The notes: generated from the letters alone by a model not told the origin. A stretch of 64,000 bases of DNA from Lytechinus pictus (GCF_037042905.1 NC_087252.1:15192001-15256000); one strand, 5' to 3'; positions 10,401-22,184 are shown, counted from the stretch's first letter. Numbers and translations: made by a program.

Positions 10401-11171
10401 AAGAGTGATGGGATGGTTGAAAGGTTCAACCGGACACTGATCAACATTCTTGCTACCCTACTGGATCCAGAGAAGCACCAGCGGGACTGGGACAGGTATA
10501 TACCCTACGCCACGGCTGCATACAGAAGCTCCACGCACGACACAATCAAGGAGACTCCAAACATGATGATGTTTGGCCGAGAGATTTCACTGCCTATCGA
10601 TTTGCAGTTCTCCAAACAGGATGGAAGTGAGTGGACTGACTATGCTCAGCAGCTGAGGGAAAGAATGGAAGAGACATACCAGAGGGCCCAGCAACGTAAG
10701 GGTGTTGAACTGCGACGCCAGAAGAGGAACTATGATCGGAAATCAGATGGGAAACTCTATGAAGCTGGACAGTTCGTATGGCTCCGCAACAATGCCAGGA
10801 AAAAGGGAGTCAGCCCTAAATTAGCACCTAAATGGGAAGGTCCCTACCAAGTGGTGTCTAGACTTTCCGACGTGACCTATCGTATCCAGAGATCCCCCAG
10901 GAGCAAACTGAGAGTGGTCCACTTTGACCGACTGAAGCTCTACAACGGATCTGATGTACCGGAGGCCTGGAGGACTCAGCCAGCCGACCTAACAGACGAG
11001 GTGACTACCAATCGTGAACCAGATGTTGTGGATGATGGACAACCTACTCAGGCTTCTACTGAGACTCCAGTGGAACCAGGAATTCCATTACCTGATGATT
11101 CTAGTGACTCAGACGTCAACCCTTCACGCTATCCAAGAAGGCGGAGAAGACCTCCAGACTATTTCTATTGA
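7239..11171 (+). CDS. pol: Pol polyprotein (protease, RT, RNase H, integrase); -1 frame relative to gag, probably reached by frameshift
   Basis: FLVDTGA protease; MPFG...YLDD RT; LDTDAS...NADALSR RNase H; HHCC zinc finger, LDIMGP/HSDQGRNF/VERFNR DDE core, WEGPY motif; frame open from 7230. Confidence 0.98.
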   Translation: MWKERPHEEEVQKEDERRGSDSSSRATISELNKRSKVAPGGHGAAVEPGSTSPSIPNATQPIVTTRYNGEINKGILKGMYVPVTIGGTQLSFLVDTGATDTYISKSGYRKLQEKPTIQTTTEKVMLADGSQLEVDGKIHTEVIIGQGKARITLIVADICSDGVLGMDNLLQLGARLNLETATMETKWGSVQCRHEDNTRTCFRIIATEMYTIPAGREGIITGKVLDGVSDDVTGMVEASNDRRQLTQKGIILARTLVRTSNGAVPVRVYNPTGSQRVIKKGTELGYLSAVSELDIRASHLSSEEIDLPEYLTDLYERSIQEVPEQYHAPIAKLLTTYQDVFSKGDYDLGKTNLVKHTVDTGQTRPIKQRPRKHPFGQRDEIRKQVNDLLDRELIEPSDSPWAANIVLVRKKDGSQRFCVDYRQLNSVTIKDAYPLPRIDETLDALSGAKWFSTLDLASGYWQVELDTDAKKKSAFLAGGGLYAWKVMPFGMCNAPATFERLMDQVLRGLHWETLLVYLDDVIVFGKSIDEEMARLQQVFERLRQTGLKLKPKKCNLFKTSVSYLGHVVSAEGISTEKDKTETIRTWPRPESVREVRGFLGLASYYRRFVEGFVRIARPLHQLTEKGRKFEWNQDCQEAFEKLKHRLVTAPILVYPTEEGRFILDTDASNDGIGGVLSQMQNGQELVIAYGSRVLSKPERNYCVTRKELLAVVVYLKHYKQYLYGRHVQVRTDHGALRWLMNFRQPEGQLARWLEVISSYDIEIIHRAGRIHSNADALSRRPCRQCKREGGCIYGGDTRNINVITLRNDNLADIQEAQQEDPNINPVRNALMEGRKPSREEATVYPFKVKVLLDHWDQLEVKDGVLYRRWESGDGRDVRWRYVLLKALIPEVLQDLHSSPMAGHLGMTKTLHKVQERFYWVGMKEDVRSFIRQCRDCARRQKAGPGKRAPLQQRQSGYPMERIALDIMGPLPVTDDGNKYILVVADYYTKYVEAYAIPDERAETVTRKLVDEFICRYGVPNEIHSDQGRNFESNIFQEVCQLLGVRKTRTTPYNPKSDGMVERFNRTLINILATLLDPEKHQRDWDRYIPYATAAYRSSTHDTIKETPNMMMFGREISLPIDLQFSKQDGSEWTDYAQQLRERMEETYQRAQQRKGVELRRQKRNYDRKSDGKLYEAGQFVWLRNNARKKGVSPKLAPKWEGPYQVVSRLSDVTYRIQRSPRSKLRVVHFDRLKLYNGSDVPEAWRTQPADLTDEVTTNREPDVVDDGQPTQASTETPVEPGIPLPDDSSDSDVNPSRYPRRRRRPPDYFY

Positions 11172-11835
11172 ACACTCATAACTTTCCATTTGCAGATAGA
11201 TGTGGAACTGTATTCTAGCTGTTTCTAAAACTGACAAACTGTTAATATATGTCGATCTATGGATCTACTGCGTGGCCTAAAAAGAAGACGCAAGGATTCT
11301 GACGGTTGAAGAATGAAATAATGAGATAGAAGCACTAATCCACACGAACTGTTGAACCAATGTGGAAAACAACCCAATCTATACTGGACTTGTATATATA
11401 TGTTTCGCCATATTTATGTCGTAGTGTAAGTCATTTATTTGTTTTGTGAAACACCACACCATTATCTTTTCGGATAATATTGTTCAAGGAGGTGTCCTCG
11501 ACTCACAGATACTTATGAAACTAATTTTGCATAGAAGCACTCGCTGTAATGTTTATATTCAGAGTTAATGTCCACAGAATGAACATGTTTCATACAGCTA
11601 ATGAGAATGATGATAATGTTGCTATCAATGAGAGCTCACAGAAATAAGTTATGGAAGATGTAGAGAGATTGATTGTACATAGTATCCATATAAGGAGTGT
11701 ATATAAAGAGGACATAACTCTAAGTATGATTAATACAGCGATGCATATAATTCAATACATTTTGGTTGCTTTGTCAAATTGTTTGGAATCCCTCTGCAAA
11801 TGTGAGGGTAAAACAAATGTGAGGACACATTCCTT

Positions 11836-11846
11836 GAAGAGGGGGG
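11836..11846 (+). other. polypurine tract
   Basis: GAAGAGGGGGG immediately upstream of the 3' LTR. Confidence 0.9.
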
Positions 11847-11849
11847 CTG

Positions 11850-12540
11850 TGTAGCGAACCAGTCCGCTCCAGGTTTTGGTTATAATGCAGTAAACGTAGA
11901 TGGCGCTATAGCTTTTGGTGCGTTAGAACTCAATGATCGACTTACGCAACGCACTGCGTAAGGCAGCTCTCGGAGACTATAAATAGCGGAGTTTCGCAGT
12001 GATCTCGTCACATCGACGCTGGCGGAGGTCGGAGTCGGACGAAGAACTCCCTGCGCTCCTCTCCAACTGGGCTGAATCAAGAAAAGGTTTGGAAATGAAC
12101 ATTGCTCGCTTAATTTCTACTACTGCAAATACAATTCTGGATAATTGGTGACGGTGTTAATGTTGATAACCTGTACAATTGCTGAACAATGATGTATAAT
12201 TAAAATATGACCGTTGTCATACACCAAATGTAATCATCGTCTCCAACCTGTGTGATCTATGGAATCCAATTGACTACTGCAGTATAAGCCTACCCATAGA
12301 GATTATACAGCCCCAATAGAAATCTCTGTTCAGACTACCCCTCAACACTCCACCCCCATATATTTTGGGAAAACGGAACACGCCCAGGTCTCTACATAAA
12401 GCCATATTATACAGATTATAAGGAAGCCGCTCGCATCAAAGATGGCTAGCAATTCATCAACGGATGAAGGTGAAAGAGGCAAGGGACAGGCCGGCCCCCC
12501 AGCATCCAGGACCCGTTCCAAGAAGGAGGGCCGCCACACA
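11850..12540 (+). repeat. 3' LTR
   Basis: Direct repeat of 5091-5781. Confidence 0.95.
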
Positions 12541-12604
12541 AGTATAATAACTAGAGTTTAGTTTATAGCGTTTATCAGCCGCCTATACAGCCGTATGTGA
12601 TTAA

Positions 12605-13003
12605 AGGGGAAAGTTTATTGTAAAAATTGAAGAGAAAAATGATAAAGAACATTAATATTGGTGGAGGTTTGAAGAAAATCCATCAAACATTAAAAAATTA
12701 TTTGAATTTTATTTTTTCGTGACGTCATCTGCGAGCAGCTTCCCCTTCAGTCGTGTATTACAAATCACTAAAATATAATTTCTTTACAAAAAATGAAAAT
12801 GGTTAAGTTGTTCCTTTAGTTACACCAGCTCCTGAAAGAAAAAAATCACCATCAACCATTAAAAAAAGGAAATATATGCACTAATATAGCTTATGGGACA
12901 ACTGCTCGTATTTAATAAATCAAATACTCAAATTCTAATAACTTTCTTAATTTTTGATAGATTTTTCACAAGCATTCTTACAACAAACTTTTTCTTCAGA
13001 GTG
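12605..13003. mobile_element. degenerate Kolobok-like MITE (same family as 29590-30105)
   Basis: TTAA|AGGGGAAAGTTTATTGTAAAAA ... ACAAACTTTTTCTTCAG; shared internal motifs. Confidence 0.5.
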
Positions 13004-13199
13004 GGTGGTGCGTCTTATACCCGATATCCACTAAGCATAAATGAACAAAATTCTTCTTTGTAAAACGTGGATTAGGGTGTCTCACAAGTTAGTCTACTAT
13101 GCCCTCTTTTATTCACAATCTACAAATGACATTTGAAATTCTTCTAGTAATTTATGTTATGTTTTTGCAAATGATTATAATGCACTTTTCAAAACTTTC

Positions 13200-13640
13200 C
13201 TCCCTCCATTTTCCTTTTTTTTACCATCTGTTTCCCTTTTTTACTTCTCTCTCCCCCTCTCGCTCTCCCTTCATTTCGTCTCTCCTTTCAATTCTTTTGT
13301 TTCTCTTTCTCTATCTTTTTCCTTCTTTTTCTTTTTTCTTTCCTTTGTTCCTCTCTCTCTCTCTCTTTCCTTCCTTTTTTTTCAATATCTATATACTTTT
13401 TTCTCTGTACTTTCCCCTCTATAGTTTCACCTCTACTCCTTTCTCCCTTCCTTCTCTTCCCCTCTAACCTTCCCTTCTTTTCCTGCTTCTTTCTCACCCC
13501 CTTTCTTTTCTCTCTCCTCCGCTTTCCTTCCTTTCGCTTCTCTTCTCTCTCTTTCCCCCTTCCGTTCCCTTCTCTTTTTGGCGGGGGGGGGGGGGGGGGG
13601 AGGCAAACCCCTTCGGCCACGGCGTGAATCCGCGCCTTGC
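13200..13640. repeat. CT-rich low-complexity tract ending in G-run and ATCCGCGCCTTG (probable end of a non-autonomous DNA element)
   Basis: Polypyrimidine tract, G-run and TIR-like end. Confidence 0.45.
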
Positions 13641-14440
13641 CTTTAACAGTTTGGCAATTCAAATGATTTGTTTTGATAATGAAACTTGATTACAGCATGG
13701 AGGTAAAAAGGAATGGAGTATATTAATCGAATTCATATATATTTTAAAGCCAAGTTTGACGCCGCAATGATACAATTTAGGCCTTCATGTCAGGCAGTTT
13801 CATTTGATTTTTTTCTTGCTGATATTAGACAAAGTACAGATTTACTAAACCAGGTGCAAAAGGGCCAGAATATGCTATTGTAATGATGATTACTTTTCGC
13901 TGCCTCTGGCATGCCTTGTCGAATGATATGAGCAGAAACATTGCTAACTTTTACTGGGGAAGCAAAGATAAGTGCGGCAATATATTTTTTTCAAAATAGA
14001 ATTTGAATTTACTGGACTGCATGGCCGCAACTGTGACACATAAATCACAAATGGATATATTACCACAAACTAATCTTCATTTTTTTTGTAATGTCGAAGT
14101 GTGTGGAAATTTATGATATCATTGACTGAAAAATTGTTAAATTCTGTGGGTTTATCACATTTGAAACTGTATAATAGGCCTACAATATTTTGGCCAATAA
14201 GGACACAACAAGACTTTGGGGTATATGTCACGTGTTTAATATCCACGTTTTTTGTGATCATATAAATTGGAAATGTTCCAAATTATCTATTTTCAACAAA
14301 ATTCACTTTTCAGTTCTCCAATAAAACTGGCGGCATAACAGGTCACCACCAAAGGCTACAGTGCACCTGTGTATATTCTTTTGTATACTTCTTTAGAAAG
14401 TGGAAGCTAGAATTGATTTGCATTTCATTGTTACTCCATC

Positions 14441-14692
14441 CACTGGCGGATCCGGGGGGTCACAGCCTGTCCGTGCCCCCCTTTTTGAGGAAGCAAAATT
14501 AAAATTTATAATGTGAAATGCCATTCAACAGAGGTGTGCCCCCTCTTTTGAAATTGAATACCTTTTTTTTTTTTTGCTTGTCAATTTTTTCGGGTACGAA
14601 ATATCCTTAATTTTTTGTTAATTTTTTTGCTTGTCAAATTTTTCCTCCGAAAAATGTGCCCCCCCCCCCTGGAAACCCTGGATCCGCCCCCG
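14441..14692. mobile_element. hAT-like MITE
   Basis: CACTGGCGGATCC...GGATCCGCCCCCG with perfect 8-bp TSD ACTCCATC. Confidence 0.85.
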
Positions 14693-15224
14693 ACTCCATC
14701 CTTTATACTTCCATGATCACAGATAGTATGTGTGATGGTAAAAGGAGAAATCAATTCCAGCTGAAGCTAGAAGACGTTTTATAAACATTTATGAGAAGGA
14801 ATAAGAAAATGTGTCGCATTCTCAGACCAGCTGAAATGTGTGGTCTGTATTCAAACTTTCAAGAATGCAAAGCTGATCAGAAGAAACGAGGGTTTATTGA
14901 TATATACTTTTTATAATGTTTCTACATCATTTTTGTATACTCCTCTTTGTTATTCTAGAAACTAAAGATATGCCATGGATTTTGAATATACATGGGAGAG
15001 TGATTGTACGCATTCGATCATTCCTTTTTAGATTTTACACGTTTTGGATTTTTTTTTGTGTGTGGATTTATGAACACTTTTTGCTACTTTTACAAATGTG
15101 CTGCATCGTGCTCTTTTTGCATTATTGTTACATTTTTGTTCTCTCCCTTTTCTTCAAAACGCTGTGGCGGCGGCGCTGTGGCTGATGAGATTGAAAGACG
15201 AATACAAGAAAGTTTATTTCCTGT

Positions 15225-15530
15225 GGAGCGTTGTGGCCCAGTGGATTAGTCTCCGGACTTTGAAACAGAGGGTCGTGGGTTCGAATCCCAGCCATGGCGT
15301 AATTTCCTTCGGCAAGAATCCACATTGTGCTGCACTCAACCCAGGTGAGGTGAATGGGTACCTGGCAGGAATTTATTCCTTGAAATGCGTGTGCGCTGTA
15401 ATCTTAGTAATTACGGCTGCCAATTAAGCTACAGCTAAAATAGGTAATAATATCCAAGTCCTTTGGAAGAGCATAATTATCATTCATGATTGTGATATGC
15501 GCTATACAAGAACTGTGTATTATTATTATA
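15225..15530 (+). mobile_element. tRNA-derived SINE
   Basis: A box TGGCCCAGTGG, B box GGTTCGAATCC, core CTCAACCCAGGTG...AATGGGTACC, (TAT)n tail. Confidence 0.8.
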
Positions 15531-15555
15531 TTTTTTGAATGTTTCTGCCTTTTAA

Positions 15556-16138
15556 AGGACAAGTCCACCCCCCAAAAAAAGTTGATTTGAATAAAAAGAG
15601 AAAAATCAAACAAGCATAACACTGAAAATTTCATCAAAATCGTATGTAAAATAAGAAAGTTATGACATTTTAAAGTTTCGCTTAATTTTACAAAACAGTG
15701 AGTTATTTGCACATCCTGGCTGGTATGCAAATAAAGATACTATCTTTCACTCACTATTTCTTATGTATTTTATTATATGAAATATTATAATTTTCTCCTC
15801 ATTGTCAAGTGATACAACTATTAACTCCTCCCTGAACATGTCGAATTAGCATTGTTTAATACTATATGATTCAGTCAAGTTGGTCCTTATTGTCAAATCT
15901 ATAAAAAATGAAATATTGTATAATCCAAAAAATTAAAAACAAAAGAAATAGTGAGTGATGGACATCATTGACTGACTCACTAATTGTGAATATCACTGTT
16001 TTGTGAAAAATAAGCGAAACTTTTAAATGTCATAACTTTCTTATTTTACATCCGATTTTGATGAAATTTTCAGCACTATGCTAGTTTGATTTTTATCTAT
16101 TTATTCAAGTCAGTATTTTCCTGGGGTGGACTTGACCT
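15556..16138. mobile_element. Kolobok-like MITE (TTAA target, AGG...CCT termini, long TIRs)
   Basis: TTAA|AGGACAAGTCCACCCC ... GGGGTGGACTTGACCT|TTAA. Confidence 0.8.
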
Positions 16139-16308
16139 TTAAGTATACCTTCCTCTGTATAACCACGCCAGATTTAGTAAATGACATGGGTTAGGAATAA
16201 AGTTCCGCATTCTTTGTAATTTTCAAAGTTTGGATGGAGATTTTAAATGTACTAAAATCTACCAATTTGTATCAATATTACAGCTGTTCAAAAACTTTTG
16301 AAGGTTAA

Positions 16309-16903
16309 AGGACAAGTCCACCCCAACAAAAGTTGATTGGAATTAATAAAGAAAAATCAAACACGAACAACGCTGAAAACTTCATCAAAATCGGATGTAA
16401 AATAAGAAAGTTATGACATTTTTAAGTTTCGCTTATTTTTCACAAAACAGTTCTATGCTCAACTCAGTGCTATTCAAATGAGAGAGTCGATGATGTCACT
16501 CACTATTTATTTTGTTTTTTATTGTTTGAATTAATACAATATTTCAATTTTTACAAATTCGACAATTAGGACCCCTTGCTTGAACCACAAAATGTTGAAA
16601 TAATGGAATGACATGTGTTCTGGAAGGAATGAAACTTTGTTTCACATGACAATGACGAAAAAATCAAAATATTTCATATAATAAAATACAAAAGAAATAG
16701 TAAGTGGATGATGTCATCGGTCCCCTCATTTGCATGCCAACCAGGATGTGCGTACAACTGTTTTGAAAAATTAAGCGAAACTTTAAATTGCCATAACTTT
16801 CTTATTTTACATCCGATTTTGGTCAAATTCAAATTCAGTGTTTTGCTTGTTAGATTTTTCTCTTTTTATTCCTATCAATTTTTTGTTGGGGTGGACTTGT
16901 CCT
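16309..16903. mobile_element. Kolobok-like MITE, same family, opposite internal orientation
   Basis: TTAA|AGGACAAGTCCACCCC ... GGGGTGGACTTGTCCT|TCAA. Confidence 0.8.
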
Positions 16904-19468
16904 TCAAGTATACCTTCCTCTATATATCCACGCCAGATTTAATAAATGACATGGCTTATGAATAAACTTCCACATTCTTTATAATTTTCAAAGTTTGGAT
17001 GGAGATTTTAAATGTACTAAAATCTACCAATTTGTATCAATTACAGCTGTTCCAAAACTTTTGAAGGTAAATGTTTATTGACACTAGATGGCGTACTTCA
17101 TTCAAATGATGTGGGGATGTGATTTGGCGACCTTCCGGCAAAACGGACCAAACTGATGCCACGTTTTTTTTTCAGTTTTCGAGGCGTGATCTTAGAAAAA
17201 GATTACTAAACGCCGAGATTAAACCCAATTAGTCGCACATAAATTAAGCTTATTTATGGTATAAATATTCATCTCATAATAATTACCACTCAAATAGGAA
17301 ATCGGGTTCAAGGACAGGGCGGGGTGATCCCTTGCATATTATAAGCATGCTCCTATCTTGATTGCATAAATTCAAGCTTTGCAATTAAGCAAGATGATTT
17401 GAGAAGTGGTAATCTTTTTTAATGGGGAATACAAACGGGCTGACTAAAGTCGTGAAACAAATTTTAAAATAGAAAGATTGTGTCCTTTAGTGTCTTATAT
17501 TTTTCCCTGAAGAAGAAATGCAACTGGACTGTGATCACTTGAACTTTGTAGGATATGTCCCAATAACAGGGAAACTAGAGTTGTAAAAATGTTAATAATA
17601 TTATCCTGCTTTGGCTTACATACCTAATGATATGAAAATGAATAAATACAACAGGAAGGAAAGGGGCAAATGATTTGGAATAATGTCCATAAATCACCCG
17701 GCCCCTATTTATGAGGTGTATATAGGCCTAAATCTGCCGAAAATCTTGATTTAAAAAGTTTTATCATTGAGAGCTGTTAAATATCCTGATAAAATAAAAA
17801 TGTGCATTATTGAATATCCATGTATGCAACACAGGCACTATTATAGTGCTACGCTACCACTTAGTATGGATTATTATTATAGGCAACGTTCCTTTGTTTG
17901 TTTGTCTGTTTGTATTAATTTCCATATAAAAAGAATAAAATATATCAATGTTCAAACTATTTACCAAATCGTATAAATCATCCAAAATATGGAGGATGGC
18001 CCATTTCAGCGGTATTCACAAAATACCACAGGTCTTAATTCCATGGGGTCCATGTTCCTATGAAATTGTGTCTCAAACAAGGATGTCGATCAGTATTCAT
18101 AGATGAATGACACAAATTTTTCTCTATATGAGAGAGTTTCCGTTACTATTATTTAAGAAGGGAGAAGGGGGGGGGGGGGGGCAATGGCATAATTATCAGG
18201 GGCATATATGGCGCATGGAGCGAATCTTGCGAGCAAGCAAATTTAGTTTTACCATTTTATGATAAAAATCTGTTTTTTATAGATTTTGACAAAAGGATAT
18301 GTCATCTTTTACCTTTTTCGCCTTTTTTATATTTTCTCCATTTTTTCATTGCTAGTGAATTTTTGTGATCCATGACCCCCTAACCCCACCCTCCTTTACA
18401 CTCGGGATAGGGTATTCAGGCAGTTTTCAGTAAACCTTAGCATTACAGGCAATTCGGAAGGACTTGCTCTATATGACCAGAATCTTGTCAGATATTTTCC
18501 TTTTAAATTTACGCGCTCTTTTGATTTTGATAATTTACATTTTCATTTATTTTCAATCTTCTCCACTTGCATGTATTTGTAATCAACGAAAATGAAGTGA
18601 TATTCAAAAGGATGATAAAATAAGCGGGGCACACACCATGCACTTGGTTGAGGGGAAAGGTAAATTTCTATCATCTATAAAATCATTAACATCAAAATTT
18701 TATTTTATTTCATCCTGAAATTAGGCTCTGCATCCAACCGTTTCTAACATTTTATGAAAAGAATGGTTTCATCCAGTAACAACAAGCATAAGAAAATGAC
18801 AAAGACAAATATTGATCGCATATACATTGGATGATCATCACTAATAGTAAGTAATTCATCGAAACGACTTAGGAAAAAAATTAATGTCACCTTAGGGGCT
18901 CCGTACTTGAGGTCTAACGGAGGCCCAACTTTTTCACTATGATGATCTTCCAACGCAAAGCGTGGTCCAACCAGAATTACAATTACAAAATCGATCGCAT
19001 TGTTCTGACAAAAAGAGAAAAATAACAAAGCTGATTTCACTTCTTATTCCTGACTTTCTCAAATTTTCCCTTTTTCTCTGGCTACGTGACCTTTGCAAAT
19101 CACTAAATTTTAGTTTATAAGACCCAGCTTTAAACTATAAAAGCTTTATCATACCACAAGCTGTATTATTATGTCATATTTTGCGTTCTGTATTTGGTAT
19201 TGTATTTTATCTTTTCAGCTACCATACGGTACCGTACGTTTAATTTTGGTCTGCTAACTTTATCATTATTATGGTCGCCAGCTGTTGTCGTCATTGTTGT
19301 TTTGTCAGCTGATTTGGCATCGCATAAAATTACAGAATATAGTTGACGTTTTCCTATTTCTTTGCTTGGCTGTGTGTAGATACCGATACTTAGTACTCGG
19401 AGAAACTGTTGATCGGAAAATATTTCGAAAAGAATAGGTGGAAGATCTAACTTAACGTTGGACAAAGT

Positions 19469-19652
19469 ATGGCAACAAACAATGCCAGTCCGCAAGAAGG
19501 AAAAAAATTGGCAAATGGCAACGGTCACGCATCGAACCTAGACGGGGCAGCGCTGGACCGGGACTCTCTCCGTCTATCGCTCTGTGAAAGCAGCAGTCCG
19601 AAGACGATCCACATGAATGGTAGCCTTGATGAATCGGATCACCATGTTTCAT
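19469..19652 (+). CDS. AMPD2: AMP deaminase, putative alternative first coding exon 1a (MATNNASPQEGKK...DHHVS)
   Basis: AGTATGG start context, GC-richer open frame, T|GTAAGT donor in phase 1 matching exon 44959; no homology check possible. Confidence 0.65.
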
Positions 19653-19918
19653 GTAAGTTTGAAATGGAAGAGCTGTGGAAGTCTAATCACGCTAAACTGA
19701 AGGGTGTTGTCTAGCCGGCCGCGGCGCGGGCAATCGCTGGTGGACCAAAATTACAAATCCTTTAAATTTTAAATGGGAAGTTTAGGCTTACCTTTAGAAT
19801 CCAATGTCATGAATCGATTACAAAAATCTCTAGATTTTAAAACGAGAAAACAACGGATACGACGTACCGGTACTTGTTAGGCTAACTTTTCTAGAAATTA
19901 CGTTTTTGAGATAAAAGC

Positions 19919-20150
19919 GGATCCATGGATACTAAGATACGTGGATACACATGGATACGAGGATACGTGGATACTGGGATACGTGGATACTACTACCGTA
20001 CTGATAAATGGATACATGGATACGAAGATACGTGGATACGCGGATACGTGGATACTACTCCCGTACTGATAACTGGATACATGGATACGAAGATACGCGG
20101 ATACGTGGATACGAGGATACGGGCAGCTGGGATAATGTTTGTGGATACGG
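19919..20150 (+). repeat. GGATAC(G/A)T 8-mer minisatellite
   Basis: Repeated GGATACGT/GGATACAT/GGATACGC units. Confidence 0.9.
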
Positions 20151-20484
20151 GGGAGGGGGTACAGGGGAGTATCCAGCTTTCGCCAAAGGGGGGGGGGGGG
20201 GGTGGAAGGAGGGAGAGTCGTGGGGGTATGTTATACAGGGGAGGATCCATGCACCTTTCGCGAAAAGGGGGAAAAGAAGGGAGAATCAGAAAATATTTTC
20301 ATCCACATTTCAGTCGGTCGATCTGTCGTTAACTAAAAGTAGAATTTTGTTGGTTTATATTATTTTCTTGGTTTAACATGGCCCAGTGCAGTACGTGTCT
20401 CAGTCATCTTATTTAAAAAAAAATCATTTTCAAGACAATACAGGCATATAGCTCATTTTTTTGTCCTTGTTTAAACACTTTTCC

Positions 20485-22184
20485 TTTTCCTTTACGTTGT
20501 TTTTCTCCTTTCTTTTCTTCTTTTTTTTTAAATATATTTTTCTTTTCTCTTTTATATTCTTCCTTTCTTGTCCATTCTATTTTTGTTTCTTTTTTAATTA
20601 AAAGAAAAATTGTACAGGCCTACCTATTTTTTTTAAATCAAATTCTTGTGATTTTCACAGTAAATTATAAGACAGAAAACTGGACTTTTGGTTCGTATAA
20701 TTAAAATAATATATACATGTATATACCCTTCTTTTTAGAATTGTAGAGCAATATTTTTGCTGTTTTTTTTCTCTATAAATCTAGAGATTATGATGAATAT
20801 GACATGGATTCTGAATGTTTAGGAGGATAAATATGAAGCGATTCGTATAATATAGGCATAGCTCATTTTCTGTCCTTGTTTGAACCCCGCGGGGGGGGGG
20901 GGCACTTACATTGACGAGTGGATACCATGCGCGACCAAAAAAAAAACACGTAAAAAGGATGTCTTTTTCACGATAGGGCACGTTATGTACGTAACGTGAT
21001 AAGGGTGTCAAAAACACAAAAATAATGAAAAAAGGGTATCTATTTCGCTAGGAAAATTACGTGTTTAGGGTCGAATTCGCGGGGATGATAAAACAAAATT
21101 AAAATGTTTTATAAAGGATGTCCTTTTTGCCCCAACACTTCGTATTTAGAGTCACGATTTGCGCGAGGTGTAGAAGGTGGGGTCGTACTAAACCAAATAA
21201 GGTAAAGCCGACGACCGAAGGACCCGTAACAATAAAACATTCCTGTACTTGTTTTCCTTTACGTTGTTTTTCTCCTTTCTTTTCTTCTTTTTTTTTTAAA
21301 TATATTTTTCTTTTCTCTTTTATATTCTTCCTCTCTTGTCCATTCTATTTTTGTTTCTTTTTTAATTAAAAATAAAATTGTACAGGCCTACCTATTTTTT
21401 TTAAATCAAATTCTTGTGATTTTCACAGTAAATTATAAGACAGAAAACTGGACTTTTGGTTCGTATAATTAAAATAATATATACATGTATATACCCTTCT
21501 TTTTAGAATTGTAGAGCAATATTTTTGCTGTTTTTTCTCTATAAATCTAGAGATTATGATGAATATGACATGGATTCTGAATGTTTAGGAGGATAAATAT
21601 GAAGCGATTCGTATAATATAGGCATAGCTCATTTTCTGTCCTTAATATATACATGTATATACCCTTCTTTTTAGAACTGTAGAGCAATATTTTTGCTGTT
21701 TTTTCTCTATAAATCTAGAGATTATGATGAATATGACATGGATTCTGAATGTTTAGGAGGATAAATATGAAGCGATTCGTATAATATAGGCATAGCTCAT
21801 TTTCTGTCCTTGTTTGAACCCCGCGGGGGGGGGGGCACTTACATTGACGAGTGGATACCATGCGCGACAAAAAAAAACACGTAAAAAGGATGTCTTTTTC
21901 ACGATAGGGCACGTTATGTACGTAACGTGATAAGGGTGTCAAAAACACAAATATAATGAAAAAAGGGTATCTATTTCGCTAGGAAAATTACGTGTTTAGG
22001 GTCGAATTCGCGGGGATGATAAAACAAAATAAAAATGTTTTATAAAGGATGTCCTTTTTGCCCCAACACTTCGTATTTAGAGTCACGATTTGCGCGAGGT
22101 GTAGAAGGTGGGGTCGTACTAAACCAAATAAGGTAAAGCCGACGACCGAAGGACCCGTAACAATAAAACATTCCTGTACTTGTT
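20485..22184. repeat. recent tandem duplication (20485-21254 and 21252-22184) with nested 168-bp duplication (21476-21643 and 21644-21811)
   Basis: Near-identical blocks; duplicated ORF-track peptides (MFLTPLSRY..., MSFLPQHF...). Confidence 0.9.

Larger units (their letters stand above)
5091..12540 (+). mobile_element. full-length Ty3/Gypsy LTR retrotransposon
   Basis: Two 691-bp direct repeats (offset 6759) with TG...CA ends, PBS, PPT, gag with CCHC, pol in PR-RT-RH-IN order. Confidence 0.98.

Noticed and set aside
11172..11849. Possible env or third ORF (67-aa ORF at 11651)
   Set aside because: Too short, AT-rich, no signal or transmembrane features; treated as 3' non-coding region
15225..15300. 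tRNA genes (also at 25820, 41828 and about 63030-63100)
   Set aside because: tRNA-like heads continue into SINE cores and simple-repeat tails; acceptor stems do not close properly
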